Part shown: one piece after another, positions 42,547-51,262 of the stretch
Layout of the letters: each line of letters opens with the position of its first letter
How positions within the stretch are numbered: position 1 is the stretch's first letter
NCBI GenBank assembly: GCA_965219575.1
Contig: OZ244779.1
Span: 620,769-684,768, forward strand
Reading direction: 5' to 3'
Length of the DNA stretch: 64,000 nt
Source: Candidatus Oxydemutatoraceae bacterium
GTDB lineage: Bacteria > Pseudomonadota > Gammaproteobacteria > Poriferisulfidales > Oxydemutatoraceae
Program-made: the position numbers and the translations under genes
Notes under the pieces: model-generated
Told to the model about the DNA's origin: nothing
The model's database searches: none
What the model saw: the letters and a program-made list of their open reading frames with translations, nothing else

Positions 42547-42873
42547 TTAGATGTTTTGATCTATAAAAGCAACCAGTTGCGAGTGTGTCAACATACCAAC
42601 TTTGGTATCTTTGACCTCGCCGTCTTTGAATAAAATCAAAGTCGGGATGCCTCTGATGCCGTATTTAGGCGGTGTCTGTTGATTTTCATCCACGTTGAGT
42701 TTAATAACTTTAATCCGCCCTTGATATGTGTGTGCAATTTCTTCTATCAAGGGTGCGATTGCCTTGCAAGGGCCGCACCATTCCGCCCAAAAATCCACCA
42801 AAACGGGTAAATCCGAATCTAATACTTCTTCTTGAAAGTTACCGTCTTTAACTTGATTTATATTGTTACTCAT
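42547..42873 (-). CDS. trxA: Thioredoxin
   Basis: WAEWCGPCK, YGIRGIPTL. Confidence 0.97.
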   Translation of the reverse strand: MSNNINQVKDGNFQEEVLDSDLPVLVDFWAEWCGPCKAIAPLIEEIAHTYQGRIKVIKLNVDENQQTPPKYGIRGIPTLILFKDGEVKDTKVGMLTHSQLVAFIDQNI

Positions 42874-43505
42874 AATTACCTATTATATCTTATTACCGAG
42901 AATTATATAGATAACTTGACAGGCTTATTAGCCTGCCTTACCATCCTATCTTTTTGACGCTTCATTGACCTTTCCTACATATGCTTTGTAGCTTAAGCAG
43001 TGTTCCGGTTTATACCAACTACTCTTTAATATCTCCCTATTCAAACCCGACTTTGCTTTCACATGCTTGCCCGGTGTTTTTATTGTCCTTTTCGCCGACT
43101 TAGTCATGCCTGCTGTTTGATAATTGATCGGGAATGACGGACTATGCCTATATTTCCCGTGAAACTTCGGCAATCCGTTGTTGCCCTTGAAAAATCCTTT
43201 ATATACTATCTCTATCGGTTGTAATGATGATTTCACGATATAAGCGGAATAACCTTGCAACCACTTGTCGCAATGCTTTCGCAATGTCGTAAATTGCTTG
43301 CCTAAGGTGAAAAAGTTAAACCGGCTCTCGCCGCAATACTCGTATCCGTCCTTTAACTTGGCTACAAAGTGATTCCAAACATAACGACACGCTCCGGCAG
43401 TTCCGTGTAATTGCCGATGACGTTCTCCCAAAATTTAGTACTAATGCTTAAAGTTAGTTTTTCCGATAAACTAGAGAAGTTAAAAACATTACAGGAGAAC
43501 TTAAC

Positions 43506-43772
43506 ATGAAGAGAAAACGTTTTAGTGAAGAACAAATCATTAAGGCATTAAAGTCAAATCAAGCCGGCATGAAAGTAATCGATATCTGTCGTGATCTAGG
43601 CATCGCCGAACAGACATTTTATCGCTGGCGCAGCAAGTATAATGGCATGGAAGTGGCAGAAGCTAAACGCCTGCGAGAGCTTGAAGCCGATAATAGCAAG
43701 CTCAAGAAGCTATTGGCTGAATCGGTGATGCAGTGTGAAACACTTAAGGAGGTATTATCAAAAAAGTGGTAA
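43506..43772 (+). CDS. IS3 transposase OrfA
   Basis: MKRKRFSEEQII HTH; AAAAAAG slippery site at its 3' end. Confidence 0.93.
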   Translation: MKRKRFSEEQIIKALKSNQAGMKVIDICRDLGIAEQTFYRWRSKYNGMEVAEAKRLRELEADNSKLKKLLAESVMQCETLKEVLSKKW

Positions 43773-44590
43773 AGCCGGCGCAACGCAAGCAGATTGTCAA
43801 AGATCTAGTGAGCGCGGGTCGGCATAGTGAACGCACTGCGTGTGCCCTTGCCAGTATTAGTCGCACTGCATATCGCTATCAGGGCAATCAAGCCGATAAA
43901 GATCGTCAACTGGAAGTTGCGTTATTGGAGAAGGCAAAGCAATATCCACATTATGGCTATAAGATGTTGCATGCGCTTTTGAAGAGCGAAGGCCGGGTCG
44001 TCAATGTGAAGCGTACCTATAGGCTTTATAAGAAGCTCAGGCTCGAATTGAGAACCAAGAAGCGCAAGAAGCTGTGTCATCCGCGTGGCGTGCCGAAAAC
44101 ACCGGCAACGGTGAATGAGTGCTGGTCAATGGACTTTGTGCATGACCAGTTTAGCGACGGCAGATGCTTTCGGGTATTGAACATAGTAGATAACTTCAGC
44201 CGTGAATGTGTCGGACAGATTGTTGATGTTTCGATCACCGGTCAACGCGTAGCAAACTATCTATCCGAATTGATAGAATGGCTCGGTGTGAAGCCGGCAC
44301 GCATCGTCTGCGACAATGGCACCGAGTTTAGATGCAAGGCGATGTTTCACTGGAGCCGAGATCAGCAGGTGGAATTGGACTTTATCCAACCCGGCAAACC
44401 GACCCAGAATGCCTTTGTAGAAAGTTTCAACGGCAAGTTCCGAGACGGTTGTCTGAACCAGTTCTGGTTTCGTTCAATAAAAGAGGCGAGAGAGATTATA
44501 GAAGCCTGGCGAATAGATTATAATGAAGTGCGTCCGCACAGCGCATTGGGTTATCAACCCCCAAGTGTATTTGCGGAGGCTATAGCATGA
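43766..44590 (+). CDS. IS3 transposase OrfB (DDE integrase), -1 frameshift fusion
   Basis: WSMDF, DNGTEF, GKPTQNAFVESFNG, YNEVRPHSAL. Confidence 0.93.
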   Translation: MVKPAQRKQIVKDLVSAGRHSERTACALASISRTAYRYQGNQADKDRQLEVALLEKAKQYPHYGYKMLHALLKSEGRVVNVKRTYRLYKKLRLELRTKKRKKLCHPRGVPKTPATVNECWSMDFVHDQFSDGRCFRVLNIVDNFSRECVGQIVDVSITGQRVANYLSELIEWLGVKPARIVCDNGTEFRCKAMFHWSRDQQVELDFIQPGKPTQNAFVESFNGKFRDGCLNQFWFRSIKEAREIIEAWRIDYNEVRPHSALGYQPPSVFAEAIA

Positions 44591-44888
44591 AAACTAACTT
44601 TGTATATGGTAATAAAAATGGGGTAACGTCACCGATGCTTTTGATAGGTCCCTGGATACAAGCGATATCTGATTATTCTAGGAGTTTTCATTGATATAAA
44701 TTAACATTTCTTTGTCAAGTTATCTATATAATTCCCTTATACTTTATAACTTTATGTTGAAGTTAAGGCTTGATTTGATAGATTGCTCCGTTCGTGCAGA
44801 GCAAACTATAAACATAATGCCCCATAATACTTGCATAAACGCATTATGTCTAGGATTTTTTAATATTGTTCACCCCGAGTAGAAGGAT

Positions 44889-45015
44889 GGGGCAGTTGAA
44901 AATAGAACCGCCAATTGTAGCAGTAGCACAGGTGGTGTGATGTTGTGCAAAACCGCAACCGCTTGCGCCGTTAAATTCATTATAACCACCTGTAGGGGCA
45001 AGATAAAGCCGCCGA
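44889..45015. repeat. Degenerate partial MITE
   Basis: GGGGCAGTTGAAAA, AACCGCTTGCGCC, GTAGGGGCA. Confidence 0.65.
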
Positions 45016-45016
45016 A

Positions 45017-46210
45017 CTATAGACTATATAGATAAAGAGTTAGATCTTCTTGATCCAGATTAAACTCGAATTTACTTAGAAAATCCATACCGAGTAAGCC
45101 GTCGGGAACAAAATCATCGGGCATTTCGGTCACCCCTATAGACATATCGGCGAATTTAATATCGCTGATGCCGAAACTATCCAATGTGATAGTGCGTGCC
45201 TCGACAACATCGCTGACGGTGGTTAGCGTGAGCGGCTTCTCGTCTTTGACCGGCAATTCAACATCGTCTATAAACTTTTGCCTGAGCACCGAGAGAGAGG
45301 CACCGGTATCTATTAAGAGTTCGGCTTCAATCGTATCGTTGATGGTCACTATCGCCAAAAATTTATGCGGCTCTATATATTTGACGGGAATGGCAACAAT
45401 GCCGTCGCCTTCGATAAATTTCTCTATCGTTAACTGGAAATATTGCGCCTTTCTATTCCACAAAGGGTTGCCGACGATTTGGCTTAGACTGGCAAGTGCA
45501 TTGTAATAATCGCCGAGTTTGAATTGTGCCTGCGACAACTTGTAATAATAAGAGGATTGGCGTTCGCTATAATCTTTTTCCACCACCAGACTGTAGAGAG
45601 AAACCAATGAGTCCCACTCCTTTTTTTCTATCAATAGCTTTTCGTATTCGGTGAGTATTTTGTCGATAAACTGGTCTATAGTTTTCTCTTCTATGCTGCG
45701 GTCTCCGTAAATTTTTGCGTCATAGACATTTCCGAGTGCGTCGAAGTGGTGTTCTAAGATATTATTTAGCCGAGCTTGTAGCATTAAGACTTCGGAGTCA
45801 TAGGCGTTGGAATCGAGGTATGCGCCGATTAATTGTTGAGCCTCTTGGTGGCGATGTAACCGTATCAATCTGACCATGCGGGCAATCAAACGACTACGCA
45901 TTTGCTTTGTGAGGTCGCCGCCGGCACGCAGTTCTTGCCTATATATAAGGACTGCCTCTTGGTTATTTTCCTCTATCGCTTTTTCGAATTTCTCTATTAC
46001 GATACTGTTTTTCTCAATGGCTTCTTCGTCATAGATGCTCTCGGTTTGATTATCACCCAAAGCTACGAATTGAGAGTTCTCCGTGTTTTGTTCGGTCTTA
46101 TCCGGTAGCACCGACATCGTTTTGTCAAAGCCGTCATCTTGTGCCGTAGCTAGAAGCCACCCGACTATGAGTCCGGCTAAAAACCAAAAAGTTATATTGA
46201 GTAACGGCAT
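45017..46210 (-). CDS. Membrane-anchored TPR-like protein with C-terminal retropepsin-like aspartic protease
   Basis: N-terminal TM; LLIDTGAS and GLLGMDFL motifs. Confidence 0.85.
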   Translation of the reverse strand: MPLLNITFWFLAGLIVGWLLATAQDDGFDKTMSVLPDKTEQNTENSQFVALGDNQTESIYDEEAIEKNSIVIEKFEKAIEENNQEAVLIYRQELRAGGDLTKQMRSRLIARMVRLIRLHRHQEAQQLIGAYLDSNAYDSEVLMLQARLNNILEHHFDALGNVYDAKIYGDRSIEEKTIDQFIDKILTEYEKLLIEKKEWDSLVSLYSLVVEKDYSERQSSYYYKLSQAQFKLGDYYNALASLSQIVGNPLWNRKAQYFQLTIEKFIEGDGIVAIPVKYIEPHKFLAIVTINDTIEAELLIDTGASLSVLRQKFIDDVELPVKDEKPLTLTTVSDVVEARTITLDSFGISDIKFADMSIGVTEMPDDFVPDGLLGMDFLSKFEFNLDQEDLTLYLYSL

Positions 46211-46402
46211 TTTTCTGTGTACATCAAAAGTTCTATTATAGGGTATATCGGCACAGATAAAACCGCCACTTGCTCCGGTTGGGCAAGTGGCTTGACATTG
46301 TGCGGAACCGCAGTCATCGGATAACGCATACATTGCAATAGGAGAATGTTGCCTTGCTTTAATCTCTGCTAATAGGTAAAATTCAATGCTTTAGATAATC
46401 AT

Positions 46403-49351
46403 TTGAGTGGAGAGAAATCATTGCCCGATAAAGTCATTGCAGGCGATACCGCCGAAGACGGCAACTTACCTTATTTTGAAGATCACGCTAAACAACAAAT
46501 AAAGCACACAACCTGCTATATGTGTGCCTGTCGTTGCGGGATCAAGGTGACGTTGGAAGATAACAAAATTCGTTTCATACAAGGCACCCGAGAGCATCCG
46601 GTGAACCGCGGCGTGTTGTGCGCCAAAGGCAACGCCGGCATCATGAAACAATGCTCGCCTGCCAAACTCAAAAAGCCTATGCTACGCAAGGCAACCGCAG
46701 ACCGAGGTTGCGGGGAATTTGAAGAAATTAGTTGGCAGAGAGCACTCGATATTTTGGTCGAGCGGCTCGATAAAATCAGGAAAAGCGATCCTAAAAAGCT
46801 TGCTTATTTCACCGGCCGCGATCAAATGCAGGCTCTGACCGGGTTATGGGCGCAACAATTCGGGACAGTCAACTGGGCAGCCCACGGTGGTTTCTGCTCG
46901 GTCAATATGGCAGCCGGCGGCTTGTATACGATGGGATATTCGTTTTGGGAATTCGGCGAGCCGGACTGGGATCGTGCCAAGTATTTCATGCTTTGGGGGG
47001 TTGCCGAAGACCATGCTTCCAACCCGATTAAGATCGGATTGGAAAAACTCAAGCGACGCGGGAGTAAGTTTGTTGCCGTCAATCCGGTGCGCACCGGCTA
47101 CCAAGCGATTGCCGACGAGTGGGTTCCTATCGTTCCCGGTAGCGATGCGATGTTAGCTTTATCTATGGTGCATGTACTATTAAAAAACGAATTATTTGAT
47201 TGGGAATTTTTAGTGAGGTATACCAATGCGCCTTATTTGCTAATCGATAATCCGGGCGGCTCCGACGATGGCTTGGTCTATCGCAACACCGAGGGCAAAC
47301 CGTATATCTGGGACCTAAAAACAGAAAGCGTTGCGGCGGCGGCACTGCGTGGCACACAACCCGCATTGTTCGGCGAATACCGCAGCAAAGAAGGAATTAA
47401 ATTAAAAACCGTATTGACAACGCTTGCCGAACAGTACCTCGACGAAAAATATGCTCCCGAACACGCAGCCGCCATTTGCGGTGTCAACGCCGACACGATA
47501 GAACGCTTGGCACTTGAAATGGCACATATCGCTTTCAAAGAGACCGTAGAGGTGCCGTGCCAATGGGTTGATAGTGCCGGGAGACAGCATGATAGCTTTA
47601 TCGGGCGGCCGGTATCTATGCATGCGATGCGAGGTATTTCGGCACATTCCAACGGCTTTCAAACCTGCAGAGCGATCCATCTGTTGCAAATTTTACTCGG
47701 TGCTATAGATTGTCCCGGAGCATATCGGGCCAAGCCGCCCTATCCTAAGCATATTCCCCCGTCGATTAAACCCGCACAGCAAAGCAAAGCCGGCGAAGCC
47801 CTTCCCGCACCTCCGCTGGGGTTTCCTACTTGCCCCGAGGACTTGGTCATCGACGACAAAGGTCAGCCTTTGCGCATAGATAAAGCCTACTCGTGGGAGG
47901 CACCTTTGGCCAACCACGGATTGATGCACACCGTGATAACGAATGCTGCCAACGGCGATCCCTATCCTATAGATACTCTGATGCTGTTTATGGCGAATAT
48001 GAGTTGGAATTCAACGATGAATGTTGCCAAGATACAAAATATGCTGAAGACTAAAGATGCCGACGGAGAATATAAAATCCCGTTTTTGGTCGTCATAGAT
48101 GCCTTTAACTCGGAGATGGTTCAATTTGCCGATTTGGTTCTACCCGACACGACCTATTTGGAACGCTACGATGCTATATCGCTGTTGGATAGACCGATCT
48201 CGGATCCCGATGCCGTTTGCGACTCTATACGCGCCCCGGTACTAGAGCCGGATCGCGACGCAAGGCCCTGGCAAGAAGTGATGATTGAACTGGCATCCCG
48301 ATTAAAATTCCCGGCATTCCTCAACGAAGACGGCGGTGCCAAATATAAGGACTACAAAGATTTCATAGTCAATTTTGAGAAAGCTCCGGGAATCGGTTTT
48401 CTGGCAGGCTGGCGTGGGGCGGACGGAAGCAAACACTTGCGAGGCGAACCCAACCCCGAACAATGGGCAAAATATATTGAAAACAAATGTTTTATGCATT
48501 ACGAGTTACCCGAACACATGCGCTTTTATCGTTTTGCGAACCGGGACTACCTAGAGTTTGCAAAAGAGGTCGGCTTTAACGAAAGCTCCGAGCCTGTCGT
48601 CATAGAGCTTTATTCGGAGACTTTGCAAAAATTCCGCTTGGCAGCGATGGGTTTATACGACGGACCACAACCGCCGCAACAAAAGGATCGGGAGCGTATC
48701 AAAACCTTCTGCTCGCCGCTACCTTCACACTACACGCCGCTGGAGCAAACTCCGCAAGTACATGATAGTCGCGATTATCCTTTTTATGCCATTACGCAAC
48801 GACCGATGATGATGTATCATTCGTGGGATTCACAAAACCCGTGGCTCAGACAAATCATTGCCAGAAACTTTCTCTATATGAATCGCAAGCGTGCCGAACG
48901 GATGGGCATCGAAGATCTATCGTGGGTGTGGGTGGAATCTCGCAACGCTAAAATTCGTGTGCAGATAAAATTGATGGAGGGTGTTCAGGAAAACACCGTA
49001 TGGACATGGAATGCCATAGGCAAGGCGCGTGGCACATGGGGATTATCCGAGGATGCCAACGAAGCCAACGAAGGATTTTTGCTGAACCATTTAATAGACG
49101 AATTGCTGCCCAAGGATTTGTACGATCGTCCGGTCGCTAATGCCGACCCCGTTACCGGGCAAGCGGCGTGGTACGATTTATGCGTCAAAATCAGTCCTGC
49201 AAACGGAAGCGACGATGGCGTACAACCTCTCTACGAGCCACGGATTAAAGCGATACGGCAGGATAAGGATGCCACATTGCGCTACCAATCGCATAAGGCG
49301 GTGCACTTAAAACGTTCTTTCAAAGACATCATAACCAGAGGACTCAAATGA
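46403..49351 (+). CDS. soeA: Sulfite dehydrogenase molybdopterin subunit
   Basis: TTCYMCACRCGI, HAMRGISAHSNGFQTCR, MYHSW; no Tat signal. Confidence 0.92.
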   Translation: MSGEKSLPDKVIAGDTAEDGNLPYFEDHAKQQIKHTTCYMCACRCGIKVTLEDNKIRFIQGTREHPVNRGVLCAKGNAGIMKQCSPAKLKKPMLRKATADRGCGEFEEISWQRALDILVERLDKIRKSDPKKLAYFTGRDQMQALTGLWAQQFGTVNWAAHGGFCSVNMAAGGLYTMGYSFWEFGEPDWDRAKYFMLWGVAEDHASNPIKIGLEKLKRRGSKFVAVNPVRTGYQAIADEWVPIVPGSDAMLALSMVHVLLKNELFDWEFLVRYTNAPYLLIDNPGGSDDGLVYRNTEGKPYIWDLKTESVAAAALRGTQPALFGEYRSKEGIKLKTVLTTLAEQYLDEKYAPEHAAAICGVNADTIERLALEMAHIAFKETVEVPCQWVDSAGRQHDSFIGRPVSMHAMRGISAHSNGFQTCRAIHLLQILLGAIDCPGAYRAKPPYPKHIPPSIKPAQQSKAGEALPAPPLGFPTCPEDLVIDDKGQPLRIDKAYSWEAPLANHGLMHTVITNAANGDPYPIDTLMLFMANMSWNSTMNVAKIQNMLKTKDADGEYKIPFLVVIDAFNSEMVQFADLVLPDTTYLERYDAISLLDRPISDPDAVCDSIRAPVLEPDRDARPWQEVMIELASRLKFPAFLNEDGGAKYKDYKDFIVNFEKAPGIGFLAGWRGADGSKHLRGEPNPEQWAKYIENKCFMHYELPEHMRFYRFANRDYLEFAKEVGFNESSEPVVIELYSETLQKFRLAAMGLYDGPQPPQQKDRERIKTFCSPLPSHYTPLEQTPQVHDSRDYPFYAITQRPMMMYHSWDSQNPWLRQIIARNFLYMNRKRAERMGIEDLSWVWVESRNAKIRVQIKLMEGVQENTVWTWNAIGKARGTWGLSEDANEANEGFLLNHLIDELLPKDLYDRPVANADPVTGQAAWYDLCVKISPANGSDDGVQPLYEPRIKAIRQDKDATLRYQSHKAVHLKRSFKDIITRGLK

Positions 49352-50061
49352 AGTTAGGATTAGCAATAGACTTAGATACTTGTGTAGGTTGCAATGCGTG
49401 TGCGGTTGCTTGTAAACAATGGAACACTTCGGGTATGACCGGGCCGCTCACCGACTATAACCCTTACGGTAAAGACCCCTCCGGCGTGTGGTTCAATCGT
49501 ATCCGAAATTACGAGGTAGGCGATTATCCGGATAGTAAAACGATTCATTTCCCGATGTCGTGTATGCACTGCGAGGACGCCGATTGTGTCACGGTCTGTC
49601 CTACGGGGGCATCGTATAAACGTCCCGAAGACGGTATCGTATTGGTAGATCAAGAGAAATGTATGGGGTGTAATTACTGCGCTTGGGCATGTCCTTACGG
49701 TGCGCGAGAGTTGGACCGAGAAGACGGCGTTATGAAAAAATGCACCCTATGCATAGACCGCATTTACGATCAAGCATTACCCGAGGAGGAAAGAAAACCC
49801 GTTTGTGTCTTAACCTGTCCTACCCATGCCCGTTTTTTCGGCGATTTCGACGACCCCGACTCGGAGGTATCCAAAATGGCACGCCAACGCGGTGGGGCAC
49901 AACTGATGCCGGAACTCGGTTATAACCCGGTTAACAAATACTTACCGCCGCGCGAAGTCAAGCCGACACCACAGTATCCAAAAGCAACTTCACGGAACAG
50001 CGGCAATAAAGGACTAGTCGGCAAAGTCAAAGATTGGGTCAACCGAGCGATAGACTACTGA
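49348..50061 (+). CDS. soeB: Sulfite dehydrogenase Fe-S subunit
   Basis: Four 4Fe-4S Cys clusters; IDLDTCVGC. Confidence 0.92.
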   Translation: MKLGLAIDLDTCVGCNACAVACKQWNTSGMTGPLTDYNPYGKDPSGVWFNRIRNYEVGDYPDSKTIHFPMSCMHCEDADCVTVCPTGASYKRPEDGIVLVDQEKCMGCNYCAWACPYGARELDREDGVMKKCTLCIDRIYDQALPEEERKPVCVLTCPTHARFFGDFDDPDSEVSKMARQRGGAQLMPELGYNPVNKYLPPREVKPTPQYPKATSRNSGNKGLVGKVKDWVNRAIDY

Positions 50062-50074
50062 TCTTAAAGCTACG

Positions 50075-51013
50075 ATGCAACCCGCTTTATCGATTATATT
50101 TTTTACTACCGCCTCCGGTGCGGGATTTGGTTTATTCATGGTTCTATCGGCTTATACCTTATTTAATAAGCCCGATGCTACGCTATTCACAACAATGTGC
50201 GGGGTCGGTTTTATATTGATCATCTTGGGTTTGTTTTCGTCTACCTTGCACTTGGCAAACCCTAAAAATGCGTGGCGAGCATTTAGCCGTTTCAAAACAT
50301 CGTGGCTGGCGCGAGAAGCCGTGATAGCCGTCGTGTTCTTCCCCGTTGCCTTACTTTGGATAGTCGGATGGTGGCTAGGTATTGCCGAGCAGTCGTATAC
50401 CTTATGGATAGTCGCTTCTTTATCAACTCTGGGCTTGGCATTGGCTACGGTTTTTTCAACGGCAATGATATACGCTTGTTTGAAGACCATTCCGCAGTGG
50501 CATACCGCAATGACACCGATGAATTATATTTTTTTGGCATTGACGACAGGTAGCCTTTTGATACTTGCGATATTGGAAGCGACCGACACCTATTCCTTAA
50601 CCGTTTTAATCCTCGCGCTGACTTTTGTTTCGCTGGCTGCCATATCAAAACTTATTTATTACGCGTGGATAGGTATTCCCGAGAGTTCCACGATTGCCAC
50701 CGCAACCGGATTCACGCGCGAACCGGTGCGATTACTCGATGTGGGGCATACTTCCGGCACCTTTTTAACCGACGAGTTCGGCTATACGATAACGAAAAAT
50801 AAGAGTTTATTGCTACGCTCTTCGGTTTTTATGCTGGCGTTCATACTGCCGGCATTGTTATTGATCGGTACGATGGCACAGGTACCTAGCGCACTACCCT
50901 TAATGCTTATAGGGTTCTTATCTTCTTTTTTAGGTGTATTGATAGAACGCTGGTTATTTTTCTCGGAGGCACGACACGTCGTAAATCTATACCACGGTAT
51001 CGCCAAGGTTTAA
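50075..51013 (+). CDS. soeC: Sulfite dehydrogenase membrane anchor (DmsC/NrfD-like)
   Basis: MQPALSIIFFTT, HLANPKNAWRA, ERWLFF...HVVNLY. Confidence 0.92.
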   Translation: MQPALSIIFFTTASGAGFGLFMVLSAYTLFNKPDATLFTTMCGVGFILIILGLFSSTLHLANPKNAWRAFSRFKTSWLAREAVIAVVFFPVALLWIVGWWLGIAEQSYTLWIVASLSTLGLALATVFSTAMIYACLKTIPQWHTAMTPMNYIFLALTTGSLLILAILEATDTYSLTVLILALTFVSLAAISKLIYYAWIGIPESSTIATATGFTREPVRLLDVGHTSGTFLTDEFGYTITKNKSLLLRSSVFMLAFILPALLLIGTMAQVPSALPLMLIGFLSSFLGVLIERWLFFSEARHVVNLYHGIAKV

Positions 51014-51028
51014 GACTATTCGATCGAC

Positions 51029-51253
51029 ATGCCGTATTTCATATATAAGATAGATAAGCAAGCAGATAGTATAGAACCATTGGATTGCTTTGTCTCTTTT
51101 AAGGAAGCAAAGACGAAAGTTCGGGAAATACGGGCGAGTTTGAAAAACGATACGATTATTGCGAAAATTATTTTTGCCGATAATCGGGAAGGAGCCGAAG
51201 CCAGACTCAAGGAAAAGCGCACACCGCCGATACTAAAAGAGTGGGAAAAGTAG
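51029..51253 (+). CDS. Small hypothetical protein downstream of soeC
   Basis: MPYFIYKI...FKEAK...IIFADN; starts 15 nt after soeC. Confidence 0.65.
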   Translation: MPYFIYKIDKQADSIEPLDCFVSFKEAKTKVREIRASLKNDTIIAKIIFADNREGAEARLKEKRTPPILKEWEK

Positions 51254-51262
51254 GTTATCCTA

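Larger units (their letters stand above)
43418..44631 (+). mobile_element. IS3-family insertion sequence (IS407-like), 1214 bp
   Basis: TG...CA ends with imperfect IRs of about 40 bp (TGACGTT...AAAGTTAGTTT); CCGA duplicated at 43414-43417 and 44632-44635. Confidence 0.95.
42946..44691 (-). pseudogene. tnpB: Internally deleted TnpB, split by an IS3 element
   Basis: MKTPRIIRYRLYPGTYQKHR (44691-44632) joins in frame to QLHGTAGACRYVWN...GLPKFHGK...MTKSAK...AKSGLNREILKSSW (43413-42946). Confidence 0.85.
42898..44736. mobile_element. TIR-bounded element carrying a miniature tnpB (621 bp once the nested IS3 is removed)
   Basis: Perfect 22-bp IR GAATTATATAGATAACTTGACA (42900-42921) / TGTCAAGTTATCTATATAATTC (44713-44734). 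Confidence 0.75.

Noticed and set aside
42946-43431. 161-aa ORF as an intact gene
   Set aside because: Its start lies inside the IS3 left end; the true N-terminus is at 44691.
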